From Octopus sinensis (lineage: Eukaryota), in NCBI RefSeq assembly GCF_006345805.1, contig NC_043006.1:65038001-65102000 (forward strand): 64,000 nucleotides of DNA, written 5' to 3'. The first letter of the stretch is position 1. The number at the start of each line of letters is the position of its first letter. Shown here piece by piece: positions 1-12,733 of the stretch. A program made the position numbers and the translations under genes. The notes under the pieces were generated by a model that was not told the DNA's origin, ran no database searches, and saw only the letters and a program-made list of their open reading frames with translations.

Positions 1-252
1 GGGGAATTTGAAAATCAATACTGACAGAGAGAGAGAGAGAGATAAAATCAATTGAAGGGATATCATTAACATATCTGTGATAGATTCGAACTAAGATCAG
101 AGTTGTAAATAAACTGAAATCTAGTTCCATTCTAACCACACTTTAGCTATCTACTAATATTGTTACGTCAGCATTAAAATACAAAATCTTACAAAAGGGT
201 TGGGGGGGGGGAGAAAAAATAAAAAGTCACCATGTCTGAGAGGAATTCATAT

Positions 253-458
253 TGGCTTCAAATTTTGGCACAAGGTAACCAATTTTGAGGGGGGGGGCGT
301 CAATTACATCAACCCCAGTATTAAACTGGTACTTAATTTATCAACACTGAAAAGATGAAAGGCAAAGTCAACCTCAGTGAAAGCTGAATGTAAAGACAAG
401 ACAAAATGCTGCCAAGCATTTCACCCATGATGCTAATAGTTCTGCCAGTTCGTCACCT
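253..458 (-). mobile_element. SINE family A (other copies at about 1476-1660, 2750-2910, 9165-9350, 28655-28868 and 34205-34425 on minus; 18838-19060 and 56810-57345 on plus)
   Basis: Shared gaaaggcaaagtcaacctc and caaccccagta motifs. Confidence 0.75.
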
Positions 459-1674
459 TAAGAAGAATCTCATTTTAATAGCTTTAATAAAGTAGTTTTA
501 ACTGAGAATCAAAAACAACATTACTTATTCCTACTCTTAGATAGCCATTCCCATAATCATCAGCCTACAGAACTTCAAATTGTTATTTTAACAATTACAA
601 CTAGTAGATACCATCTGTTCAGTAGAAGTAAACACCTCTTGGCTGAGATAATAAGCTCAGCTTGCTAGGAGATGACTTCTTGTGGGGTAGTCAATACCCA
701 CAGAGGCCTAATGTCTTATTCTCAAAATTTGGGGAAAACATCAATTAATACAACAAGTATGAAGAGCACCGAAGATATTTCCCACACTGACCTGAGATAC
801 AAATCTTGCCATATTCATCATGAAGTTTCTAAACTCATGGATATTGTAAAAGGACAATATATAAATATCAGTGTATGTACACACACACAGATGCATACAT
901 ACATATGTGTTTATGTATATGCATGTGTGTGTGTGTTTATATATATATATATATGCACATACACAGTCTAAACAGTGGTAGTTTAGAGGTTTACCAATAA
1001 GAAAGTCTAGTTAAATACTATTTTGAAGATATAAATACATAAACAAAGCTGTTCAAGAAAAAAAAAGTTAATTTAATTTTAATAATATATCCTAATATAT
1101 TGGGATGCTGACAAATTGTATAAAAGAGTTCCTCAATATTAAGAGAATCTCAAACAGTTTTAGAAAGGAAGAAAAAAAAACATAGTGATGAATGACAGCT
1201 AGAGGATCAACATGTATGTCCCTACCTAAATCAGAATCACATTTAGAAACTATATATATATATATATATATATAAAGACATATAACAGATTCCAGAAAAT
1301 TTATCTGCAATGATGGCATGATAAAATTTACATATATATGATGGGAACATAAATATTGCATACATACTCAAAGTAAATTTCCAAGAATACATTTAGAAGC
1401 AATTATGGTATATTTACATATGTTGACAATATGCAAACCAGGTAAATAAGCTCATTGCAAAATAATAATAATAATGGCTTCTAATTTAGGTACAAGGCCA
1501 GCAATTTTGAGTTGATACTGTCAACCTCAGTACTTAACTTGTACATTATTTTATCAACCCTGGAAGGACGAAAGGCAAAGTTGACCTCAGAACATAGAGC
1601 CAGAAGAAATACCACAAGGAATTCTGTCATTTTGATGACTCTACTAATCCATTGCCCTTAATAATAATAATAAT

Positions 1675-1720
<46 letters not shown>

Positions 1721-3142
1721 TTACATCTTTAACCATACAACTGACCATACCAAAAAATAGAAAAATACATCTAAATAAAAATGTTTTTTGCTAAAACACA
1801 GATACACACACACATAAACAAAAAAAAACCCTCAACTGAAATTGTAAATGGAATATTCTGGAAGGCACTTACTTTCACATTGCTTTAGTAACAACAACAA
1901 AAAGCATATGATGAAATATAAAGTTTAAATATGGTAGTACATAGTGTTTACATTTATATATAGCAGAGAAGCAAAAGAAATTTTTCTTACAATATGAATT
2001 GGGAGGAAGTTAACATTTGATAACAATTCATCAAGTTGTTGTGGATGTTAATCATCCAGAGAGGGGGGGGGGAATGCCAACACAAAGAAGCATACCACTT
2101 TAGGGTGAGAAAGAATAAATATGTTTGATTCAGGGAGTTAATAGCTAAACTAAAGAAAGCAAAGGTGCTCAGAGATATTTAACAAACTTTGAGAGTGTTA
2201 AGAGAGAAAAGGGACTCTCAATTTCTAATCGCACCTCATATTGGGAGGAAATAGTTACCTTTGTAATAGTGGTCAATTAGAGGGCATCACATGCCTTTGA
2301 AGAAACAAGATGTTGTGAAGAATATGAAACTTGCAAAATTGACATTCAGTCAGTGAAATAATTCAACTGGGGATTGAAACCAAATCACAGATTCAGCCAA
2401 ACAGCAACGTACTTGTACTCTGTAGTTGTTCATGAGAGACAGAGTCAAGAGACAAGATCTTAGATGTCAAAGTAAAAATATATAAGTTTAGCTCTTTAGC
2501 ATTTAAACTAGCCATATCCAGCCAAAATATTGACCTTTGTTTATGTTCAAACTGGCCAGATTTGGCCTCTCACACCTACTCTATAATATCATACTAAAAG
2601 TTGGAAGTTACCTCATCAAAACCCCAAGGCTATAAAATAAAACATGATTAAGCCAAAACAATATGAATAAATAAGCATTATGTTTAGTCATGTACTTCAT
2701 GCCATAATGCCTAACAACTCAAGGCTTTCTTTTAAATAGTGATAATTGTTTCAAATTTTGAAACAAGGATAACAATTTTGAAGATAGCAGAGATGTAGGT
2801 GATTATATTGATCCCAGGACTCAACTGGTAGCTTTATCAACTGTAAAGACAGATGAAATGCCGATAAGAGTTTGCCTGGTATGAAAATAACTTCTGCCAG
2901 CTCGCTACCTTGATCCATCACCCTAATAATAATAATAACAAAAACAATTTCTTATTCAAATACAAAGCTTGATTCTTATAAGTATGGGGGTACAATTGAT
3001 GGCACTTGGCCAATTTAATTTTATAAACTCTGGAATGATAAATAATAAATTTGGCCTTGGTATTACAACATACCTTAAGACATTCACTAACTACAGTTTT
3101 ATGCTTTAAAAAGAAAAAATTAAATTTCTGATTAGTTATATA

Positions 3143-3202
<60 letters not shown>

Positions 3203-4347
3203 CACACAAATAAATACATATATATAATGTATGTATGTATGTATGTATGTATGATATATATATATATATATATATATATACATGTGCATACATACACATA
3301 TGTGTATGTGTGCATGTCTATAGACACATATGATGCAGTAAAGATGGGTTTTTCTTTCAAAGTGTTGAACCAAAGAAGACAGAAATATCTAATATCTAGT
3401 GAATTGGTGGAAGACAGTTGGTGTGCTTCTTTGAGGGCCAAAGGAAATAAGACAACACTGCTTTGTGGGAAGATTTTATTCAGCGCAATATAAAGAATCT
3501 TTTTGAAAAATTAATCCAAATGAACAGAAATATTTCAAACATGAGATTACATCCATGTAGTCAAGTCTTTACATGTGTTTGTACAAACAGTTATGTTTAC
3601 AAATATAATTATAATAATAATAATAATAATAATAATGATGATAATAATAATAATAATACACACACACACACACCAGTTCAGGTAAACTCAAATTTACCCT
3701 TCTAGTCTTATTTCAAAGCACACACACACACACACACACATACATACATGACCTATTAGAGAGATCAGCTGGTACATCAGTCTGGGGCATATAGAGCCAA
3801 GTAGGGACTTGTGAATATCTGACAGGAGCCTCCCATCTTAAACACACACATACATACACACAGAGCCTTCTTGAATTTCTGAAAGAGAAAGAGTACACTG
3901 CTCACTTCTGAAAGCAATCTTGCTTCACCTTGCAAAATTTCTCTTTGAGGCCCTGCACACACACACATCAATTTAAATAGTTATTACTGTATTTGCAATA
4001 GATTGTCCTTTACAAAACAATCCATCTGCTATAACACTTTTACACACACACACTACAATTGTTAAAAAAAAAAATTTTCAAACACCAGAGGAGGATTAAT
4101 TTGTTTAAAGCTGAAAAGAAAATCTTCCAAGTTAAACAAGAGCACATTGAGCCATTAATTTATATTCAACTTCATCATTATCATTATTAAATAATCTATG
4201 GTCACCAACTGCTGATTATATCCCCATGTCCTTCATCACCAAAAGAAAAAAAAAATGGAGGAAAAAAAAAAAGCTTAGTGGCACTGTAAGAAATTATTAA
4301 TCATCTCAAAACATTCTATTATTATTATTATTATTATTATTTTCTTC

Positions 4348-4353
4348 TTTATT
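4348..4353 (-). promoter_or_regulatory. Candidate distal polyadenylation signal AATAAA for the CDK12 transcript
   Basis: Minus strand reads GTTGTGTTGCACCAAATCTGA-AATAAA-GAAG at the end of unique U-rich sequence, with U-rich tracts downstream. Nearer AATAAA sites also exist (12090-12110, 12232-12237). Confidence 0.3.
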
Positions 4354-4844
4354 TCAGATTTGGTGCAACACAACTATGAAGATGGAAAAATGCAACATTT
4401 CAAAGAATGTCCTCCCCCAACCCCTCTCTCCCTCTGTCCCCCGCCCCCAGGTTAAGAGATTTAGAATCAATGTTAGCAATCCAATGATGAGAGTTGAAAT
4501 GCAAATTTTAAAAGAAAATAATCCAAAGAAAAAAAAAAAAAATTCACACATACGATTATTGAGCCATAAATTTGTATTGAAATAACAAAACGAATTAGCA
4601 AAGGGTGAGGAAGAATTTTTCACAGAAGTTCATGGAGACCCACATCAAAAGAACTTTGACCTCCACCATAAGTGACAAGGTTTGAAAGAATTTCAACAGA
4701 GTGGGAAAATGAGAGAAAGCGTAAAGACCATGCTATTTCCAAAAAGAAGCTAGTGCTGTTATTCCTGCCAGGACTTGAACCCCTCACTTCTCAATATCCC
4801 TAACTAATTGCCAATTACAAATACACACACAGGCCCACACACAA

Positions 4845-4901
<57 letters not shown>

Positions 4902-5499
4902 TATATATAATAAAATAAAATGTTTAAAAGCTTTTATCCACAACTAGCAATGTATGAGGTTGTCATACAAATGAGGGCGGCTCAGTCTTATACACGCATG
5001 TCCATGTTATACTCACTGGGATAAGGAAATAACAGTGATGCATACAAAATATTAGTGACCGCCAATGTTAGCAAGCTGACAAGAGATGGGAGACAAGAAA
5101 AAGCCAGGCAGAGACAGTATTACCAATAGAAGCAGGGTTTTTTTTGTGCTGCATTTAAAAAAAAAAAGCTATGGCCAGCACAAGAGGGTCAATTGAAAAA
5201 GGATGTGAAGCAAAGGGAATAGCAGCAAGTCATGAACAGGGATAGCATTTTGGCCAAGGAACAGCTTGTGAAACCAATCCAAGCAACATGTTAATGAATG
5301 AGAATCAACTTTTACATATTCTATGTTTCAATTTTGACATAGGAATGTATTTTCAATAAAAAAAAAAAAAATTCAAGTAAATCCAAAAGTCTTATATATC
5401 ACAAGGATAGTATTGACTGTAACTTTGAAGTTTTGGTTTGCTTAGCTTAAAACCTCAAAGTCACTATCAACATCATTCTTGTTAGAGAATAATAAATAT

Positions 5500-5770
5500 A
5501 CATTATTTAAATTTGACAACTATTTGTCCTCATCTTGTTTGTTATTAACACAACGTTCCGGCTGATATACCTTCCAGCCTTCATCAGGTGTCTTGGGGAA
5601 ATTTTGAACCTGAGAACCCAGGTTTGAAATTTCCCCAAGACACCTGATAAAGGCTGGAGGGTATATCAGCCGAAACATTGTGTTAATAACAAACAAGATG
5701 AAGACAAATATCCATCAATTGTAAATAATGTAAATAATATACATAATTCCTCGTCTCTTAAATATAGAAC
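5500..5770. mobile_element. Inverted pair of the same hammerhead-bearing tails; single insertion
   Basis: 12-bp TSD AATAATAAATAT at 5488-5499 and 5771-5782. Arms of about 100 bp are reverse complements. Minus copy has A13G (plus position 5558); plus copy has G8A (5649) and ACAU in place of ACGU. Confidence 0.75.
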
Positions 5771-8700
5771 AATAATAAATATGTACTCAACTAAAACAAA
5801 TTGTGTAATTCTTCAGTTTAGATTTAAATTGCTTTTTATTATAACTTGACATAAAAACAAACATTACTATGTGTGTGTGTGTGTGTCTATGTGTGTGGAT
5901 GCTATAAAAATATGGCTATAGTGTGTGTGTCTGTTTCTAAGTGTTCTCTCAACTTTGATCATTTTTGTTGATATGTCAAGCAACAGTTTCAAAGTGTTCA
6001 TAAATTGTACAAACATTTTCAACTTAGGTTTCGAAATGTGTCTCACGCACTTACCCTAAATTCCAATCACCTTTATTCTGCACTTCTTACGCAGAAAACG
6101 AGTGAATGAAACACACTGGATGTGCAACAAAATCACCATAGAGCATCAGTGTGTGGATATTTTGAAAAGAAAACAATAAAACATATGTAAATCAGAAAAA
6201 TCTTGATGGCAAGCTATTCAATATGTACCATAATAATACAGTCCATAGCACATTACCTCAGTGAAGAGCTGTCTAACATATCTTTGTGACACATATGTAG
6301 GCAATGCATTCAAGATTATCCAACCTAGATTATCTTTTTTGATATTGTTATTGTTGTTATTATTATTAATATTATTATTATGATTAAACTAATTTATTGT
6401 TACTTAAATATAATAAAATGAAATTTTAATTTAGTGTATTTTCACAAATTGTTAGTCTTCAAGTGGAGCATGCAGGAGAGAGAGAAAAAGGTAGAGGAGA
6501 AACAGGGGCTATCTGGTTAAAGAAACAAAAAAATAGAGAGCGGGGGAGGATGAGGCATGGACGGAGGGAGAGGAAGAGAGAAAGAGACTTTTTAACAGCT
6601 TCAAACGAGACAATTTCAAATGACATTTCATCAAGAAATCATTTACACTAGTGTTATTGGTTTATATATTCTATATATATTTACATATATATATATATGT
6701 GTGTGTGTATATATATATATATACACACACACATGTACATAGAGTTATATATATATATGTGTGTGTGTGTGGAGAGAGAGAGAGAGAGAGAGAGAGAAGT
6801 GTGATAAACAGTGCCTTTCTTATGTTATAGAATGTTCTCTATACACTCATAGCTGATCACTCAACCAACACTTCAATCCAGCAAGTGTGTATAATGTATA
6901 GAGCACTGGGTTTCATTTCTTTTAAATTTTTCTCTCTTTTGCCATTATGTTTAGAATCTGTCATCTCTGCTTTTACTAGCCATACACAAATACACACACA
7001 CACATAGACGAAGAAGAAAAAAAATGATAATAAATAAAATGAAACAGAAAGGAAAAAAAAAAAGGAGGGGGCAATAAAAAAAAGTGGGGCAGAAGTACAA
7101 GAGCTTTCAGAGGGGTAAAACAAAAAAAAAAAAAAAAAAACAACAAAAACAAAGAATGAAAATGTGAAATAAAGAAAAAAAGAGGGTTTGTGGAATGGTT
7201 AAAAAGTGGCATTAAATAAGTAAATATTATAAAAAAAGAAATGGGGGGGGGGGATAATAACAAATATAATAAACAGGAATCAGGAAAAAAATAATAATAA
7301 TAAATCAAATATAAAAAAAGGTAAATAGTGACCAAGTGAAGTAGTTTGCTCATCCATAACCACAAGCAGAGAGAATTTTCCAATGAAGAAGACTTACAAC
7401 AAAAATATATTTCTGGTCAAGGTCTCAGCCAACTGGAAGATAAACAAGGCAGAGAAAAGAGATGTGAGAAATTAAAATCTGTCGCGAAATGTAGAAGACG
7501 CAGGTAAGCAGTGAAACGGTGAATGGAGGGGGGTGAATAACAGGGGCAGGTGCAGTGAGATCTGTGAGGTGAAGCATAGTGGTGGTGGTGGGGGGGGATG
7601 AAAACTCTGAGTTAGAGCTGGCTGGTAAGGCAGTGAGGGATTCTGTGATGAGGAAAAGCAACAAATGATTTTTATGAATTTTATCAGGAACAGAAAGACA
7701 TGGAGTATAGAAGTGTGTGCTTTGTGTATGTGGTTTTATTAATTTGCAGGTGGAGAGTGGAAGGACCAGCACACAGTCAAGGAATGCACCACACATTTAA
7801 CTGCTCTAAATGTCTTCCTCAATCCCAAGCTTCAAACCTATTCTTGAGGAGTCGTCAAAAGGAAAGTCTGAATTCAGAATGTAACAAGATAATTAAAAAT
7901 GTTGAAATTCTCATTTTCTGGGTTGTTTCAGCAACTCTACTATTCTGGGATAAAATAAAATGAGAGCTTTCTTTATGAAAATCTATAAGTAGAAAGAATA
8001 AAGGGAAGAGTACATTAATGCCAAATATTTAATGACCTTCTGGGGTCATAAAATTTGATACCAGCCTCGGCCTGAATGCCAGGTCCAAAACCAGGAAGGA
8101 AATTTGAACTCAGATAGATGAAGCAACAGAAAGATACCATAATGTAGTCTGTCCCACTTTGAATAAATGTGAAATCTGGATGTCTGTCAGAGGTGGATAC
8201 AGAAACAAATGAATAAAACACACAGCTGGATGGTTAAGTTTTTAGAAAAACATGTTCAGTCAGTTCACATCAAAGCAGCAACAACAACCACCACAGGTAC
8301 AAGAACATTAAATAAGAGGGAGCAACGTGAACTGACCAATTTGGTGTGGTGTGAGAGTGCTGTATTCCATACGAACCTACAATTTCACTTAAGTGATTTG
8401 GGATTTGGAATGAATTGCACTGGGGAGTTGATGCTACTTTTAGGTTATCCGTTACTAGGTCAGCCACTCTTAAGTATCGGCACTGTGATGTAGGAATCTA
8501 ATGTAAGCAAACAGCAGTAGAAGATGAGAGGGAGGGGTGATAGAGTGAAGAGAGAAGTGGGGAGAAAATCAAGGAAGAAAAGATGAGAAAGAAAAAAAGC
8601 ATTAGAACTTTTGAAGAAGAGAGTAATTTAACAAGTGCCTTAAAGCAAACTCTATTTGAATCAGATGTGTAAGAGAAACCAAAGTTTGAGATAAAGACCA

Positions 8701-11074
8701 AACTGTTAATAGCAGCTGTGTGTTACAGGTTAAGAGCGTCACTATTGTTAACAAAGTTTAATTAGTAGGCTAATGAGACGTTATGATATCTATAAATTGA
8801 GATACATTGTATGAGCCGGAATCCAAAGAGAACCAGTTCCCAGCTGGATAAGAAGGCAGCCTACTTTAGCTGCATTCCCCAATTATGTGATCACTAATCT
8901 TTGACAACAGAAAATGATCAGAAAGAGAACTGCAGAAAAGGGTAGAATAAATGATTTCTTGGTAGCTATTGTTTTGAAGAGAAAATATAGTATAATTGTT
9001 ATAGAGAAGAAGTAGTACAGCCTGGCAGGTGTATTGAGGAGAAAATGGTGGTCTGGTTCTTATAGAAAATATAGCTGGGGATAATGGTGAAAGAAGGTAT
9101 AAACTGATTGTCACAGAGAGTAAAAGACACTCTGGTTATTAAAGAAAGAATAGTCTAGCTAATAATGTTTACAAATCTTGGCATTATGCCAACAATTTTT
9201 GGGGGAAGGTTAAGTTGACTACACTGGTCCCAATATTCAACTGGTATTTAATGACTCTGAAGGGATGAAAGGCAAAGTCAACCTAGGCAGAACCTGGGCC
9301 CTGAACATAAAATGCCAGAACAAATGCTGTTTTTCCAGTCTAGCTAATAACGCCCACATATTACTAATACTGACACCTGCCACAAAGTTCTTGTCAGGGA
9401 ATTAGGCATTGTAAAATAGTTGGTGGAACAAAGACCCTGCTAAACATGCCTGTTGAATGAATTGTAATTTACCCTAAAGTCTAAAATTTAACAGATATGA
9501 TACACATGCATCATTTTCTATGATTAATGAAATCACATACAACAGTTTCAACTTGGAATTGAAGCCAAGTCATTAACTATGCACAAACTACAAAAAAAAA
9601 AAGCCCCAAAAAACATAAGAATAATAACCATAATAAAAATTTAAATAATAATAATAATATAATAATAATAATAATAATAATAAAATAAATTACAAATACA
9701 CTATGGTACTTGTATGGCACACACTCACATAAATAGTTACATTTGCAAACAATAGTGAAATACAAGAGACAAGATGGGATGAAATCATGTGCTGCTGTTG
9801 TTATTATTACTACTATTATGACTACTACATGATATTTAAAACAAAGAATAAAAGGTAAAAACAGAATAATGGTCAGTGTAATGGCTGATGGATAAAGGAA
9901 TAAGAAAGAAAATCTAAAAAAAAAAAAGAACAACAAAAAACAATAAGAAAGCAGAAATAAATGATACATGTATGGTTCTGCAGAGAAAAAGGAAAGTTTT
10001 GAACAAAGCTGCCAATCCAAGAACAGATAAGGTGGACAGTGCCATGGATGTAACACACATTGTTGGGAGAAAGTTTTTGTGGTGATGGAGGTGATGAAAG
10101 ATTTTTGTGGTGAGGTGATGGAGGGAAGAAGAGGTGATAATGATAACAATAGCAATAATAATGATGATAAAGTCATTTAAGATTGAAAAAACATAATCCT
10201 CCTCTCTTCAACATTTCAACACATTTTTTCTTTCTTTCTTTTTTTTTGGCTTAAATAAGAACATTAATAGGAAACAAATTGCCAGAGTTGTTAGAGACTG
10301 ATCAAATAGTTGGGGGTAAACGTTTTAGGCTCTCTGCAGAATGAGTTCAAATTCTGGTACGATCAGCTTTGTTTTTTATTTCTTTGGGGGATGACAAACT
10401 AAAGACTTTGTCTAGAGCAACAAATTACCAGAATTGTTAGAGCATCAGATGATATGCCTTGTGGAATTTGCTGGCTCTATTTCCTTGTATTCTCAGTTTT
10501 TGGAGGGGAGACACTACCATCAGAGACTAGGGAGCTTTTAGCAGAGTCAAGTCTCTGGTTTGAAGCTAACTATCCCATTTCTTCTAGTTACTCTTGCCCT
10601 TCATTCCCTGACTAAATGACAAATATTGAAATTAACCAACACTCTCTTTCTTTTAAACACACACATTTGAGAATACAAATGGAGAAAAAGTACTCCATAC
10701 ATGTAATTAAGCATATATTTGTTTGAAGCCACCTATTTTAAGGGAGGTAACATAGCCATCATTTGCATGCGAGTAAGGCTTGGAAGAATGTACCATGCTT
10801 TCTTTGCTTTTAGCGCCTTGTAGTCAGAAGTAGACTCAAAATAAATGATCTCCCACCACCACACTCAGCTCTCACTCTTGATGCAAAGAAACATCAAGAA
10901 TGTGACAGTTGGTGAGAGAGAAAAAGAGAGCAGGGAACTGTAGCTGCACTCAGCTGGGACTAATTTCCAGCTCAACAAACCGAAGTAAGGATACAGTGCA
11001 TCACTTGGCATCAAACTCATGACCCAACATCTGAACCACTCAGCTACCTTCAATACTTACTGACACCAGAGGAA

Positions 11075-11775
11075 TAAAATACAAAACTGAACTCTCGAGA
11101 ATTTAACCAGAACATAAAAGGGAGGTAATCAAATACAGAGCATTGACCCAATACTTGACCGGCACTGATGTTATTGGACCCCAAAAGGATGAAAAGCAAA
11201 GTTGACCTTGGCAGAATTTGAACTCGGAACATAGAGAGGTGAAATGTCACTAAGCAGTTTGTCTGAAAGGTTAGCAGTTCCGCCAACTTGCTGCCTCAAT
11301 AATGATAATAATAATAATACTACTAATAATAATAATGGTTTCAAATTTTGCCACAAGAGCAGCCACTTTGGGGCTGAGTCAATTGCATCAACCCCAGTGT
11401 CTTTCATCCCCAAAAAGATGAAAGGCAAAGTTGACCTTGGCAGAATTTGAACTCAGAATGTAGCAGCAGACAAAATACTGCTAAGCATTTCACCTGACAT
11501 ACTAACGATTCTGCCAGCTTGCCACCAGAATGATAATAATAATAATAATAAGGCTCGAAATTTTGGGGGAGGTGGGGCAGTCAATTACATCAATCCCAGT
11601 GCGTAATTAATACTCAATTTATCGACTCCCAAAAGGATGAAAGGCAAAGTCAACCTCGGCAGAATTTGAACTCAGAATGTAAAGACAGATGGAATACCGC
11701 CAAGCATTTTGCCCAGAGCACTAACAATTCTGCCAGCTCACCACCATCATAATAATAATAATAATAATAATAATC
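11075..11775 (-). mobile_element. Three head-to-tail copies of a tRNA-derived SINE (family A) separated by (ATT)n tracts
   Basis: Each copy has an A-box-like TGGCAGAATCG and a B-box-like GAGTTCAAATTC on minus, followed by CTTTGCCTTTCATC. Confidence 0.85.
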
Positions 11776-12733
11776 ATAATAAAATGATACAAACAGAATT
11801 ACATGAACATGGGAGGTGGAAGTGGGTGGGATGGGTTTGTTTTAAATTTTTGGATTGGAAGCAGAGTTCATACATACATGTTTTATTACTGTCAGTCTTT
11901 GTTGTTTTTTCTGTTGTTTATTTGTTTTTCTCCCTTTAACCAGCAAATTGTTTTTCACATTTACAGAAAAGTAGTAGCCAAGTCTTCTTCTTCTTTTTCT
12001 TCTTTTCTTGTCTTCTTTCTTCTTATATATAATTTCTTTGAGAGGAGCGGGGGGTTAATAATTATAATTTTCTTTTTGGAAATTTCTCATTTATTTAATT
12101 AAATTTTATTTTCTTGGTTAAGTATCAGCGCAATTTTGTTGTTTTGGTTGGTTGTTATTTTGGGGCAGGAAGGGGGCTTCTTTTTGCTTCTCCTTTTTTT
12201 TTGTTTTAAAAATTTTTGAACATTTTTTTTTTTTATTTTTACTTTAATTATTGTTTTTTTAATAAATTTCCACTTTTTCAATGTCTATTTGCTTTCGAAA
12301 TCCTGAAAAAGTTCCAGAACCAAAGTACCAACTGAATAACATTTAGGAAAAAAAAAGACAAAAAGAAACAAGAGAGAATGGGGAGAGAGAGAGAGAAAGA
12401 AAAAATGAAAGAGAAGGAAAAAGGGTGAGGAAATATAGAAGGAATGAAAAAGAAATTAAAATTAATATAAAAAATCTTAAATAATAATATAAAACTGTTT
12501 TGAAAAAAGAAAGAGAAAAAGCAAGATGAACAGACAGAAGTGAAATAAAAATAAAAAAAATTCATTTGGCAGAGCTTTTTCTGAATTATAGAGCACTATT
12601 CATAAAAGAAAAGAAAACAATGTGTGTATGTGTGTGTATGAATGATTTGTTTTGTGTATAGGTGAAAATCTGTGTGTAAATGTGCTCAGGTGAGAGAATA
12701 TGTGTGTGTATTCAAATGTTTTTATCAATTCTG

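Noticed and set aside
672-3971. Short ORFs at the start of the window
   Set aside because: They run through (TA)/(TG)/(CA)/(AAT) microsatellites with no splice-consistent or recognisable protein signal.
4358-4450. Possible 93-nt plus-strand exon (tttcag ... CAG|GTTAAG; LVQHNYEDGKMQHFKECPPP...)
   Set aside because: The donor is weak, no partner exons were found and I recognise no homology. The acceptor-like tract doubles as a minus-strand AATAAA context.
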